Shown here: piece after piece, positions 27,709 to 38,869 of the stretch
Layout: every line of letters begins with the position of its first letter
How positions within the stretch are numbered: position 1 is the stretch's first letter
DNA from: an uncultured delta proteobacterium
GTDB taxonomy: Bacteria; Myxococcota; Myxococcia; Myxococcales; Myxococcaceae
DNA: 64,000 bases
Assembly (NCBI GenBank): GCA_963771175.1
Contig: CAVYSY010000024.1
Coordinates: 128,001 to 192,000, forward strand
Direction: 5' to 3'
Program-made: the position numbers and the translations under genes
The notes under the pieces: generated by a model
Databases searched by the model: none
Seen by the model: only the letters and a program-made list of their open reading frames with translations
What the model was told of the DNA's origin: nothing

Positions 27709-28131
27709 ATGCGACCTCGAGCCCATATCGCCGCCGCTGGACGCCTCGCCGCCACGTTGCTGGTGGTGATGTGGGTTGCCCAGCCGCTGCTCGGCATCGC
27801 GCACACGCAGGAGCATGTCCACCGCTATTGCCCGACGCACCGGACCTTCGAAGAGGCCTCGGCGGGTGGGTCCACGGCGCGTGTCGCGCAGGTCCGGGAC
27901 TCGGGGGCCATCGAGAAGCTGCCGCCGGCCCCCGTCGGGCCGCTGCACCATGAGGAGTGTGCTTTCTTCTCGGCCAGCACCCGGGATGAGCTGGTCGGCC
28001 GCGCCGACGTGCGGCCCGTCGTCCAGGCCTGCCTCGAGGTGAGCCGTCCGGCCACCGCGCCGCCCCGGGCCCTGCACTCCCTCTCCGCCCTCGACACCGC
28101 CCCCAAGGCCTCGCCTCCGGCGCACACCTAG
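27709..28131 (+). CDS. Membrane-targeted His/Cys leader protein with C-terminal APKASPP (DUF2946-like candidate arrest uORF)
   Basis: MRPRAHIAAAGRLAATLLVVMWVAQPLLGIAHTQEHVHRYCPTH...HHEEC...LSALDTAPKASPPAHT*; 140 aa. Confidence 0.75.
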   Translation: MRPRAHIAAAGRLAATLLVVMWVAQPLLGIAHTQEHVHRYCPTHRTFEEASAGGSTARVAQVRDSGAIEKLPPAPVGPLHHEECAFFSASTRDELVGRADVRPVVQACLEVSRPATAPPRALHSLSALDTAPKASPPAHT

Positions 28132-28203
28132 CGCCGTCGAAGCGAAGTCGTGGTGCGACGTCCGCCCTCGCGGGGCGTCTGTGGTTTCGAGGAGCCTCTA
28201 CCT

Positions 28204-29557
<1,354 letters not shown>

Positions 29558-29583
29558 AAACCCTTTCGCTCCAGGAGTCCTCC

Positions 29584-30504
29584 ATGAGCCCCTCTCGATT
29601 CCTCGCGGCCCTGAGCGCCGCCCTCCTCTGCCTCCTCGCCCTGCCCGCTCGCGCCGACCTGCGGGTGGTGGCCAGCACGCCGGACCTCGCCGCGGTCGCC
29701 AAGGCCGTGGGCGGCGACAAGGTGCAGATCATCTCGCTGGCGCTGCCCACGCAGGATCCGCACTTCGTGGACGCCAAGCCCAACCTGGCGCTCGAGCTCA
29801 ACCGCGCGGACCTGCTGCTCGCCATCGGCCTGCAACTGGAGATCGGCTGGCTGCCCACGCTCCAGAATGGCGCGCGCAACCCGCGCATCATCGCCGGCGG
29901 CCCGGGCTACCTCGAGGTGTCCCAGTTCATCCGCCCGCTGGAAGTGCCCACCAACACGGATCGCAGCCAGGGTGACGTGCACCCGGGCGGCAACCCGCAC
30001 TTCCTCTACGACCCGAGGGCCATGCTGCTGGTGGCCCGGGGCATCGCCGACCGCATGGCCTCGCTGGACGCGAAGAACGCGGACGTCTACCGGGCCAACC
30101 TGGCGAAGTTCACCGCCGACGTGGAGAAGGCGCGCGCCGGCTGGGAGCAGCGCCTCGCGGGACTGAAGGGCGTGCCCGTGGTGGCCTACCACCGGACGAC
30201 CGCGTACCTGGCGGACTGGCTGGGCTTCGAACCCATCGCCTTCCTCGAGCCCAAGCCCGGCATCCCGCCCAACCCCGCCCACGTGGCCCAGGTGCTGCGG
30301 ATGGGGCGCCAGCGCAAGGCGAGGATGGTGCTGCAGGAGGACTACTACCCGAACACCACCGCCCGGCTGGTGGCGAGCAAGATTCCCGCTCCCCTCGTCG
30401 TCATGCCCGCGGGCACCGACGTGCGCGGCGGGCAGACGTACATCCAGCGCATGGAAGAGCTGGTGAAGCGTCTGGAGAACGGCCTGAAGGGCCAGGGGAC
30501 CTGA
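29584..30504 (+). CDS. znuA: Zn/Mn ABC transporter substrate-binding protein
   Basis: LRVVAST, QDPHFVDAKP, ADLLLAIGLQLEIGWL, DVHPGGNPHF, VVAYH, EPKPGIPP. Confidence 0.88.
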   Translation: MSPSRFLAALSAALLCLLALPARADLRVVASTPDLAAVAKAVGGDKVQIISLALPTQDPHFVDAKPNLALELNRADLLLAIGLQLEIGWLPTLQNGARNPRIIAGGPGYLEVSQFIRPLEVPTNTDRSQGDVHPGGNPHFLYDPRAMLLVARGIADRMASLDAKNADVYRANLAKFTADVEKARAGWEQRLAGLKGVPVVAYHRTTAYLADWLGFEPIAFLEPKPGIPPNPAHVAQVLRMGRQRKARMVLQEDYYPNTTARLVASKIPAPLVVMPAGTDVRGGQTYIQRMEELVKRLENGLKGQGT

Positions 30505-30507
30505 GCC

Positions 30508-31350
30508 ATGCGGCGCGAACTCCTCCTCCTCTCCTTCCTCTCCCTGGGTGGCTGCGCGTGGGACGCCGGCCAGGGCTTCGCGGTGGTGGAGCCCACCGTG
30601 CGAGCCACGTACGAGACCCTGCCCGAGCGCGACGCGGGAGACCGCTACCAGCGGCTGAGCTCGGACTACCAGGTGCGCGTGAACTCGGGCTCGATGCGAC
30701 TGTCCGACATCGAGCTGCTCTCCCTCAGCACGGGAGGCTCCGGCGGAAGCTTCGATCCGGCCAACCCTCCCCCGCGCTACTCGCTGTGCCACGGCGGCCA
30801 CTGCCACCGCGACGACGGGGCGCTCATCCCCTACGAGCAGATCATCGCGGAGATGGGCGGGGGCGGCGGCTCCAGCACGGTGGTGACGCTCCCCGTGGAT
30901 GAGCCGTTCGATCTGCTGGCCTCGGAGACGCGCGCGGTGGGCTGCACGCCGGACTGCGCGCTGCCCAATACGCAGGTGTCCCAGGGTCGCTGGGGCGTCG
31001 AGGCGCTGCGGCTCGAGGGCACCGTGCGTGACGGGCGCCCCACCCCGCGATTCTCAGGCGAGCGCCGCTTCCGGTTGGACCTCCCCAAGCCCACGACCCC
31101 TGACACGCCGGTAGCGGTGCTCGCTGGCGAGGTGGATCTGCCCTCGAACCGGGAGGACCCGCCGGAGGCCCGGCTGGCCCTGGACCTGGCCCTGTCGGCC
31201 ACGCTGTTCGATCCCCTGGACTGGAGCACGCTGGCGTTGGGGATGGACGGCGTGGTGGACTTCAATGACCCGGCCAACGCCGAGGCACTCCAGGTGCTCC
31301 TCGAGCGGCTGGCGCAGGTCTCGCCCGAAGCGGAGGTGACCCGTGGATGA
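30508..31350 (+). CDS. Lipoprotein of unknown function with CHGGHCH motif
   Basis: Lipobox-like LGGC; YSLCHGGHCHRDDG; embedded in the zinc ABC operon. Confidence 0.8.
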   Translation: MRRELLLLSFLSLGGCAWDAGQGFAVVEPTVRATYETLPERDAGDRYQRLSSDYQVRVNSGSMRLSDIELLSLSTGGSGGSFDPANPPPRYSLCHGGHCHRDDGALIPYEQIIAEMGGGGGSSTVVTLPVDEPFDLLASETRAVGCTPDCALPNTQVSQGRWGVEALRLEGTVRDGRPTPRFSGERRFRLDLPKPTTPDTPVAVLAGEVDLPSNREDPPEARLALDLALSATLFDPLDWSTLALGMDGVVDFNDPANAEALQVLLERLAQVSPEAEVTRG

Positions 31351-32209
31351 CCTCAAGCATTCGCATCCGCAGCCCCACAAGCACACGCACGACCACGACC
31401 AGCACGAGCACCACCACCAGCACGAGCACTCGTCCGACCTGCTCCTGTGCTGTGAGGACCTGGTCGTCGGCTACAACGGCAAGCCGATGCTGCCGGCCAT
31501 CAGCCTGCAGATCCGCCGCGGCACCTTCCTGTCGGTGATCGGCCGCAACGGCTCGGGCAAGAGCACCTGGTTCAAGACGTTGCTGGGCATGCTCCCCCCG
31601 GTGTCCGGCTGCGTGGCGCGCACCGGTGAGCACGTGAAGAGCGCCTATGTGCCCCAGACTTCTGGCATCGACGCGCTGCTGCCGGTGCGCTCGAGCGAGA
31701 TCGTGCACTGGGGGCGACTGTCTGGGTGGAACTTCCTGTGGCCCTTCGCCAAGAAGCAGGACCGGCATCTGGTGGACTCGGCACTGGACTCGGCCGGAGC
31801 CCGGGTCATCGCCAACCGTCCCTACCGCGACCTGTCCGAGGGCCAGAAGCAGCGCGCCCTGCTGGCGCGGGTGCTGGCCACCGAGGCGGACTTCGTGCTG
31901 CTGGACGAGCCCACCGCCTCCATGGACGCCGTGGCCGAGCGAGAGACGATGCAGCGCCTCGCGGAGCTGACGCGCGGGCCGCGACGCCTCGGGGTCGTGG
32001 TGGTGAGCCACGACCTGGAAGTAGCCGCTGAGTTCTCCGATCAGATCCTCTTCGTGGACAAGGACGCCCCGGCCATCGTGCTGGGGGACGCGAAGACGGT
32101 CTTCTGCCACCCTGCCTTCCGACACAAGTACGGCGATGACTACTGCCCTGTCCACCCTCGCGCCCATCCTCCCCAACCAGGAAATCCGATTGGACCCGCT
32201 GCCGATTGA
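31343..32209 (+). CDS. znuC: Metal ABC transporter ATPase with His-rich N-terminus
   Basis: HSHPQPHKHTHDHDQHEHHHQHEH; GRNGSGKST; LSEGQKQR; LLDEPT; VSHDL. Confidence 0.9.
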   Translation: MDDLKHSHPQPHKHTHDHDQHEHHHQHEHSSDLLLCCEDLVVGYNGKPMLPAISLQIRRGTFLSVIGRNGSGKSTWFKTLLGMLPPVSGCVARTGEHVKSAYVPQTSGIDALLPVRSSEIVHWGRLSGWNFLWPFAKKQDRHLVDSALDSAGARVIANRPYRDLSEGQKQRALLARVLATEADFVLLDEPTASMDAVAERETMQRLAELTRGPRRLGVVVVSHDLEVAAEFSDQILFVDKDAPAIVLGDAKTVFCHPAFRHKYGDDYCPVHPRAHPPQPGNPIGPAAD

Positions 32210-33068
32210 AACCTCCTCCTGGTCACAGTTCTGGGACGCCTACGAGCTGTTCCGGGACCCGATGCTGTGCGCCCTCATCGCCGGGTGCGTGCTGGGCTTC
32301 CTCAGCATGTACGTGGTGCTGCGGCGCATGGTGTTCGTCAGCGCCGCGGTGACGCAGTCGGCCGGCCTGGGCGTGGCACTGGCCTTCTTCGCGCAGATCC
32401 ACCTGGGCTTCCACGTGGAGCCCACGCTGGGCGCCGCGGGCATGGCGCTGCTGGCCACGGTGCTGCTGATGATGGACCCGTCGAGGATGCGACTCACCCG
32501 CGAGAGCCTGCTGGGTCTCGCCTACGCCCTCACGGGCGGCGCGGCCATCCTGGTGGGAGACCGCATCTCGCAGGAGGCCCATGACATCCAGGGCATCCTC
32601 TTCGGCACGGCGGTGCTGGTGGAGCGGCCCCAGCTCATCGCGGTGGCGGTGGTGGGAGGCGCCACCCTCTTCATCCACCTGTGGTGGTTCCGCGGCCTCA
32701 CCTTCGCCAGCTTCGATCGCATTGGAGCCATGGTGCAGGGGCTGCCGGTGCGGCTGCTCGACGCGGTGGTGATGATCTCCATCGGCCTGATGGTGGGCGT
32801 GTCGGCGCGAGCCCTGGGCGCGCTGCCGGTGTTCGCCTTCTCCACCCTGTCGGCCATCGCCGCGCTGATGCTGGACCTGCGGCTGCCGTGGACCTTCCTG
32901 CTGGCCACCCTGGTCGGAGCCATCTCGGGGCTGGGCGGCTACCTGTTCGCCTACTTCTACAACTTCCCCGTGGGCGGCTCACAGACGGTGCTCGCCAGCG
33001 TGCTGGTGCTGCTGGCGCTGCTCGTGAGGACCGTGCGGCAGCTCGTCACCCACGGAACAGCGCGCTGA
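32190..33068 (+). CDS. znuB: Metal ABC transporter permease
   Basis: YVVLRRMVFVSAAVTQSAGLG; multiple TM segments; ILFG; ASFD. Confidence 0.88.
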   Translation: MDPLPIETSSWSQFWDAYELFRDPMLCALIAGCVLGFLSMYVVLRRMVFVSAAVTQSAGLGVALAFFAQIHLGFHVEPTLGAAGMALLATVLLMMDPSRMRLTRESLLGLAYALTGGAAILVGDRISQEAHDIQGILFGTAVLVERPQLIAVAVVGGATLFIHLWWFRGLTFASFDRIGAMVQGLPVRLLDAVVMISIGLMVGVSARALGALPVFAFSTLSAIAALMLDLRLPWTFLLATLVGAISGLGGYLFAYFYNFPVGGSQTVLASVLVLLALLVRTVRQLVTHGTAR

Positions 33069-33083
33069 TTCACCCCGGAACCT

Positions 33084-33632
33084 CTAACGGACCGCGGCGG
33101 AGACCTTCTTGAACTCGGGTGTGCCCGCGCACCCGAGCAGGTCGAAGAGCGCGGCCTCCACGGTGACGATGTGCGCGCCCGCCTCGCGGCACATCTCCAG
33201 GCCCACGCGGCGATCCTCGGGGTTGCGCGACATCACCGCGTCCGCGCAGAGGAACGGGGTGAAGCCCTTCTCGACCAGGTCGCGCACCGTCTGGAAGACA
33301 CAGACGTGCGTCTCCATGCCGATGAGGATGACCTGCTTGCGGTTGCCGAGCCGCGTGGCCACGTCCGGCACGCAGGCGCTGAACTCGAGCTTCTCCACGG
33401 CGGAGTAGTTGCCCAGCCGCATCTTCACCAGCGAGTGCGTGGGCCCCAGGCCCTTGGGGTACTGCTCGGTGACGAGCACGGGCAGCTCGAGCGCCTTCGC
33501 GCCCTCGATGGCGGCGTTGGTGCGGTTGAGCACCCGGTCGAGCGCGTCCCGCTCCATGGCGGCGCACAGGCGCTCCTGGATGTCCACGACGAGCAGCGAG
33601 GCCTGGTCTCTCTTGAGTCGGAAGGTGGGCAT
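33084..33632 (-). CDS. Isochorismatase-family cysteine hydrolase
   Basis: LLVVDIQERL, TEQYPKGLGPT, EKLEFS, GMETHVCVFQT. Confidence 0.9.
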   Translation of the reverse strand: MPTFRLKRDQASLLVVDIQERLCAAMERDALDRVLNRTNAAIEGAKALELPVLVTEQYPKGLGPTHSLVKMRLGNYSAVEKLEFSACVPDVATRLGNRKQVILIGMETHVCVFQTVRDLVEKGFTPFLCADAVMSRNPEDRRVGLEMCREAGAHIVTVEAALFDLLGCAGTPEFKKVSAAVR

Positions 33633-33763
33633 GGAGGCCATTCCTCCGAAGCGGCGCCCGCTCGTCAAGCACTCCGCACTCGGAGTACGCGAGCTGCCGG
33701 GATGTGGACGCACCGAACGGCGGGAGATTGACGCATTCCCGCCCCCCATCGAAGCTCGGCGAC

Positions 33764-34165
33764 ATGAAGGGACACGCCCGCAACCTGATGACCGCTCCCG
33801 TGAAGTCCGTTTCCCCGGAGACCTCGCTCCGGGAAATCGCCCAACTGCTGGCCGAGGAGCGCATCGGTGGCGTACCGGTGACGGACGCCGAGGAGCGCGT
33901 GCTGGGCTTCGTGAGCGAGGCCGACATCATGAACGCACTGCTCGCGGGCCGCTCGCTGCGCACCCTGGCGGAAGAGGTGATGTCCTCGCCCGTGCACACG
34001 GTGGACGAGTTCGACCTCTCCGACGAGGTGATGGAGCTCTTCCGCAAGCACCGCATCCACCACCTGCCCGTGGTGCGCGAGAAGAAGCTGCTGGGCATCA
34101 TCACGCCCTCGGACGTCATCCGCTTCCTGGCGAGCACCCTCCCGGACGGCCCTCGGGCGGGCTGA
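33764..34165 (+). CDS. CBS-domain pair protein
   Basis: LMTAPVKSVSPE...IGGVPV...GFVSEADI; VMSSPV...IHHLPVV...GIITPSDV. Confidence 0.9.
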   Translation: MKGHARNLMTAPVKSVSPETSLREIAQLLAEERIGGVPVTDAEERVLGFVSEADIMNALLAGRSLRTLAEEVMSSPVHTVDEFDLSDEVMELFRKHRIHHLPVVREKKLLGIITPSDVIRFLASTLPDGPRAG

Positions 34166-34208
34166 CGGAGGAAGACACCCGGGGCCGCGTGAGGTATGCG
34201 GGAGCGCG

Positions 34209-35087
34209 ATGAGCGACTCCCTGCACCTGGATGACTGGGGCGGTACCGGCCCGGTCCTGCACCTCGCGCACGCCAATGGCTTCCCGCCGGCCACCTACCG
34301 CAGGCTCATCGAGGTCCTGAAGTCGCGCCACCACGTCTTCACCCTCCGGAGCCGCTGCCTCGTGCCGGGGACGGACCCCCGGACGATGCGCGACTGGGAT
34401 GACATGGCCGATGACCTGGCCCAGGCGCTGCGAGCGCGCGGGCTGGAGAACGTGGTGGGAGTGGGCCACAGCATGGGCGGCGTGGCCACCCTGCTCGCCT
34501 CGGTGAAGAACCCGGGGCTCTTCCGGGCCGTGGTGATGTTGGACCCGGTGCTGTTCACGGGCACGCGCGCCCTGGCCATTCAGGCGATGAGCCTGCTCGG
34601 CCTGCGGAGCCGGATTCCCCCCGCGAGCCTCGCCCGGCGCCGCCGCGAGCACTGGAACTCCCGCGAGGAGGCCGCCGCGAGCTACCGCAAGAAGGCCCTC
34701 TTCCGGCACTTCGACGCCGAGTGCTTCCAGGACTACATCACCCACGGCCTCACCGAGGCGCCCGGCGGCGGCTTCCGCCTCACCATCCCCACGGCCTGGG
34801 AGGCCCGCATCTTCGAGACGTCCCCGCACGGCGTCTGGCGGCGGATGCGCTCGGTGACGGTGCCGACGCTCGTGCTGCGCGGGGCGGACTCGGACACGCT
34901 CACCCCGGCCGCCCTGGAGCGCGTCCGGCGTACCCTGCCCGGTGTGCGCACCGAGGAAGTCCCCGGCACCCACCTCTTCCCGCTGGAGCAGCCGGAGGAG
35001 TGCGGACGGCGCATCCTCTCGTTCCTCGGCGCGGAGGGAGAGCGGCCCGCGACGTCCGAGCGAGCGCCTACGCGGCACCGGGCCTGA
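34209..35087 (+). CDS. Alpha/beta hydrolase
   Basis: HLAHANGF, GVGHSMGG, LRGADSD, GTHLFPLEQP. Confidence 0.9.
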   Translation: MSDSLHLDDWGGTGPVLHLAHANGFPPATYRRLIEVLKSRHHVFTLRSRCLVPGTDPRTMRDWDDMADDLAQALRARGLENVVGVGHSMGGVATLLASVKNPGLFRAVVMLDPVLFTGTRALAIQAMSLLGLRSRIPPASLARRRREHWNSREEAAASYRKKALFRHFDAECFQDYITHGLTEAPGGGFRLTIPTAWEARIFETSPHGVWRRMRSVTVPTLVLRGADSDTLTPAALERVRRTLPGVRTEEVPGTHLFPLEQPEECGRRILSFLGAEGERPATSERAPTRHRA

Positions 35088-35099
35088 GCGCGCGGGTGC

Positions 35100-36831
35100 T
35101 CAGCACGAGGCGTTCTCCACGGCCCGCAGGGGAATGACGTTGGCGGGCATCACGCCCCCCACTTCGAGCCGCCCATGGCTCACGAGGAAGGTGCGGGCGC
35201 GGCGGCTCTCCGGCAGGTGCGGATCCGCATCGCCCCAGCACTCCAGGAAGGAGGCGAAGGCATGGGCCGCCTCGGTGAAGGACTCCCGGGCGACGTGGAC
35301 CTCGGCCAGGAGGAACCAGGCATGGCCGCTGCCGGGCCGCTCCTTCACGAGGGCCTCGACCAGTTCCACCGCCTTGTCCTCCCGACCGAAGCGGATCCGC
35401 GCAGCGGGCCAGCGTCTCACGGGCCGAGCGGGAGAAGGCCGGGGGACCCACCGCCCGCAGCCGGCGCTCCAACCGCATGGCCTTGATGAGCGTGGCCTCG
35501 GCGCGAGCGTACTCCCCCTGACGCGACTCCAGCGAGCCCCGCAGCTCGCATGCCGCCAACTCCACCACCCGGGCGACATCTCGCGGGCAGAGCGCGCGGC
35601 CCTCGCCCTTGCGCTCGTCGGCCAGCGGCGGGTGCAGCGCCTCGAGCTCCTCGCACGTCCGCTCCGCCTCCACGAGCTTGCCGGCCTCCAGCGCACGCAA
35701 CCCCCGGGCGTACACCTCCATGGCCGAGAGCAGCGCGCGCTCGGACAGACTCGCCTCCGGGCCCAGCTCCACGCGGAGGTCCACCGCCGCGCGCGAGAAG
35801 CCGAAGCGCAGGTGCAGATTCGAGAGCGCACCGGCCGCGAACACGAGCGCCTGTCCCGAGTGCGGCTTCACCGCCTCCACGCGGGTCCGCAGGCGCCGCG
35901 CCCAGGCCTGGGCCTCGCCATACCGTCCCGCGTCGGCGCATGCGACCGTGAGCAGGCGCAGCGCGAGGCCCGCCACGGGCGCGGCGGACTCGGGCAGGGA
36001 CTCCTGGGAGAGCCAGGCGTCGTCCACGGCCACCGCCGCCTCCAGCACCTCGCACGCCTCGCGGGTGTGGCCGGTGCGCAGCAGCAGCCGGCCGGAGCCG
36101 AGCAGGGCCGTCCCGGCGCGAGGCGCCAGCAGCCGCAGGCGACGTGCGCTCTCCAGTGCCACCTCGGGGCGCCCGCTGCCCACCATCACCTGCACCCAGG
36201 CATGGTGGACGCCCTCGTGGTGCGGGTGCGTGCGCAGCAGGTCGCGCAGCAGCGCCTGCGCATAGGGCTGGCTCATGGTGGGGCGCCCATCCGGCTCGTA
36301 CCCCTCCGAGAGGAAACCCGCGAGCAGCAGGCGCGCCTCGGCGTCCTCGGGGAAGCGGTCGATGAGCGCCTCCATCTCACGCATGAAACCGTGGCGACCG
36401 TTGGCCGGGCCCTTGTCGGCCAGGAAGGTGGCCGCGACGATGTAGCGCTGCTCGGCATCCGTCACGCCCTCGCTGAGCGCGAGCGCCCGGTGGATGGTCT
36501 CCGCCCGAGCCGTCGCGTAGCGCGCCCCGGCCCCCCGCGTCAGGGCCAGGCCCCAGTACGCCATGGCGAGCCCCGGATCCAACCGCGCCGCCTCCGCGAA
36601 GGAGCGCCGCGCCTCGGGTCCCCACCCGAGGTGCAGCAGACGCAGCCCCTGGTCGAAGTACGCCTGGGCCAGGGGCACCTGGGTGCTCACCCGCAGGTGC
36701 GCGCGTCCCAGCCCCTCGCGCAGCGGAGGCGTGGGCAGCTCCGCGTCCGGGACGTCGTCCCAGGGACCGGCGGGGAAGAGGGAGGGCTCCTCGGCTCGAA
36801 GGTGTCGCACCAGCATGGTGACCTCACTCAC
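35100..36831 (-). CDS. TPR-repeat protein (frameshift near 35405)
   Basis: AQAYFDQGLRLLH...EARRSFAEAARLDPGLAMAYWGLAL; HPHHEGVHH; helical repeats. Confidence 0.8.
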
Positions 36832-37499
36832 GCCCCGACGAGCGGGGCAAACGCTTCATCCACAACGGGCTGCTCCAGCGCGGCCACACGCTCGGCCAGC
36901 CGCCTCCACTCCGCCGCCAACAGCTCCACGGGGACCGGCGAGGCCTTGCGTCGTGCCGCGAGGCACTCGTGCCGCCAGCCGGAGCCCGTCGACTCCACGA
37001 CCCACTCCTCGTACCCGGCCAACCAGCCGGCCAGCGCCACCACCGCGACGCGCGCGGCCTGGTGCTCGCACGGGGTGGCCGGCTCGCGCAGGGCACCGCC
37101 GAGCCCCGACGCATGGAAGACGGGCCACGCCACCCGGGCCTCGTCCACCAGGGCCGGGGTGAAGCCGTCACGCGGGACGTAGACGGCCTCGCCGCACACT
37201 CGGCACAGCGCCCCGAACCCCCACAGCGTGAAGGCCCCTCCCCCGGGCAGCACGCCCGAGTAGGCGCTGGTGCCCTGCTGTCCCGCGGGAATCCGCTCGC
37301 GGGAGAGACCACGGCGCAGCAGCAGGTTGCCCTCGTGGGAGACATCGCGACCGATGCACCACATGGACACATCGAACAGCCGCTCGCCCTCGCGTCGCAT
37401 GTCCAGCGGGAGGGCCTGGGGAAGGGAGGAGCCCATCACCATCGTCGTCTCCTGTTCTTTGAATCGGGTGGGGACAGCGGAGCGGGGGGCGGCCAGCAC
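36828..37499 (-). CDS. Hypothetical protein (start may be near 37443)
   Basis: High-GC3 ORF with MWCIGRDV...GNLLLRRG, LWGFG, WLAGYEEWV; the stop overlaps the TPR gene start. Confidence 0.7.
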   Translation of the reverse strand: MLAAPRSAVPTRFKEQETTMVMGSSLPQALPLDMRREGERLFDVSMWCIGRDVSHEGNLLLRRGLSRERIPAGQQGTSAYSGVLPGGGAFTLWGFGALCRVCGEAVYVPRDGFTPALVDEARVAWPVFHASGLGGALREPATPCEHQAARVAVVALAGWLAGYEEWVVESTGSGWRHECLAARRKASPVPVELLAAEWRRLAERVAALEQPVVDEAFAPLVGA

Positions 37500-37531
37500 T
37501 CCCCCGCTCCGAGTCCGTTGAGCAGGGACGC

Positions 37532-38014
37532 TCAGTCCGCGTGCGCTTCGTCGTGCGCCATCTCCTCGATGACGAGCGAGACGCTGGCCTGCGAGGTGGG
37601 GCCGAAGGTCAGGGTGTACGTGCCCACCTGCAGCGGCACCACGTGGCGGCCCTTGACCTCACTGCACTCCTCCGAGCGCGTCGCGGTCTCCTCGAACGTC
37701 ACCTCCGCACCGGCGGAGCTGGCGACCTTCACGGGCACGTCCGCGCCAAGGAAGAGGACGTAGTCGGTGGCCTCGGACACGGCGAACGACACCGAGCCGA
37801 CATTGCCCCCGGTGCCCGCCGGCAGCGTGATGTCGTAGCGCTTGTGGTCGTTGCTCACGGCGGGCGCGCCGCTCGTCGAGGCCGTCGCGGTCACGGCGGC
37901 GCCGGGGCCCTCCTGGAGGTGCTCGCAACCCTCGACATCGGCAACGTTGGTATCGCCGCAGGCAATGAGCAGCGCGCTCGACAGCAGGCAGGCGGACAGC
38001 AGCTTCTTGGTCAT
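37532..38014 (-). CDS. Lipoprotein with Cys/His pairs and His-containing tail (putative metal-binding)
   Basis: MTKKLLSACLLSSALLIAC lipobox; EGCEH, NDHKRY, EECSEVKGRH, C-terminal HDEAHAD; GGAG RBS. Confidence 0.82.
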   Translation of the reverse strand: MTKKLLSACLLSSALLIACGDTNVADVEGCEHLQEGPGAAVTATASTSGAPAVSNDHKRYDITLPAGTGGNVGSVSFAVSEATDYVLFLGADVPVKVASSAGAEVTFEETATRSEECSEVKGRHVVPLQVGTYTLTFGPTSQASVSLVIEEMAHDEAHAD

Positions 38015-38319
38015 GGCGTGTGACTCCAGATGTGGACAACAGGGTGGTGCTGCGAAGCCCTCGCGCTCCCGTCCCGAGAACGGACAAGGACGCCGGAGCG
38101 AGAGGGAAGGTGTGCGCGGGCGCACGGCGGGAGGGTATCGCGCTCGCGCACCGGGGCCCGGGAATCGGAGCTCCGGGTGCGTGCACGGCCGCGGACCAGG
38201 CACCTCACGTGAGGCGCGGGGACACGTCCGGATGCACGGAGGGAGTCTCCGCGGCCTGAGTGCGCCAGGGCGATGCGTGGAAGGTGCAGGAGCTCTGGCC
38301 CGACCCTCCCGGGTCCCGA

Positions 38320-38731
38320 TCAGGCCCGCGGCGGTGAGGACTTGGGTGCCATGTGGAGCCACGCCACCGGAGGCTCCCAGGCCTCGCTGTCGGCCTCCAG
38401 CACGGACCCCGACGGGACCGGTGCTTCCAGCGACAGCATCACTCCGACGGGCGGCGGCGCCACCCGGCGGAGGAAGACGTGCGCGCAGTGCGCATCCGCG
38501 CCGTGCGGCACGGAAGCCATGGCATCCGCGCGCGTGAGGCGCTCGTCCGAGAAGGACGCACGCCACCTGCACCGGCGCGTCACCCGGCCCGACCTCGGCC
38601 TCGTGCAGCAGGTCGCCGTGCTCGACGCACGTGCCGTGCCGCACGAGGAAGAAGTGCGCCGCGCTTCCCAGGTACGCCAGCGCGCAGAGCAGCACCAGCG
38701 GCAGCGCCAGCAGGCGGGACCGTCGGGGCAT
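38320..38731 (-). CDS. Second His/Cys leader protein with C-terminal APKSSPP (one apparent +1 frameshift near 38563)
   Basis: MPRRSRLLALPLVLLCALAYLGSAAHFFLVRHGTCVEH..., continuing in the next frame as ...HGADAHCAH...VAWLHMAPKSSPPRA*. Confidence 0.7.
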
Positions 38732-38854
38732 CACTGACTCTGGGCGGCTCTGGCGGCTCACGGGAAACACGGTTTCAACGAAAATACAGGTATGCCCCTG
38801 CGTTGTACGCGAGGGCGCCCGCACGCGCAAGCAGTAGTGACACGCGGAAGCACC

Positions 38855-38869
38855 TGCAATCGAGTTACA
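38855..38869. promoter_or_regulatory. Zur-box-like palindrome
   Basis: TGCAATCGAGTTACA (reverse complement TGTAACTCGATTGCA), about 125 bp upstream of the leader ATG at 38731. Confidence 0.6.

Noticed and set aside
37532..38830. 432-aa ORF fusing the leader to the lipoprotein
   Set aside because: Read-through caused by the frameshift near 38563; the lipoprotein has its own RBS, ATG and lipobox.
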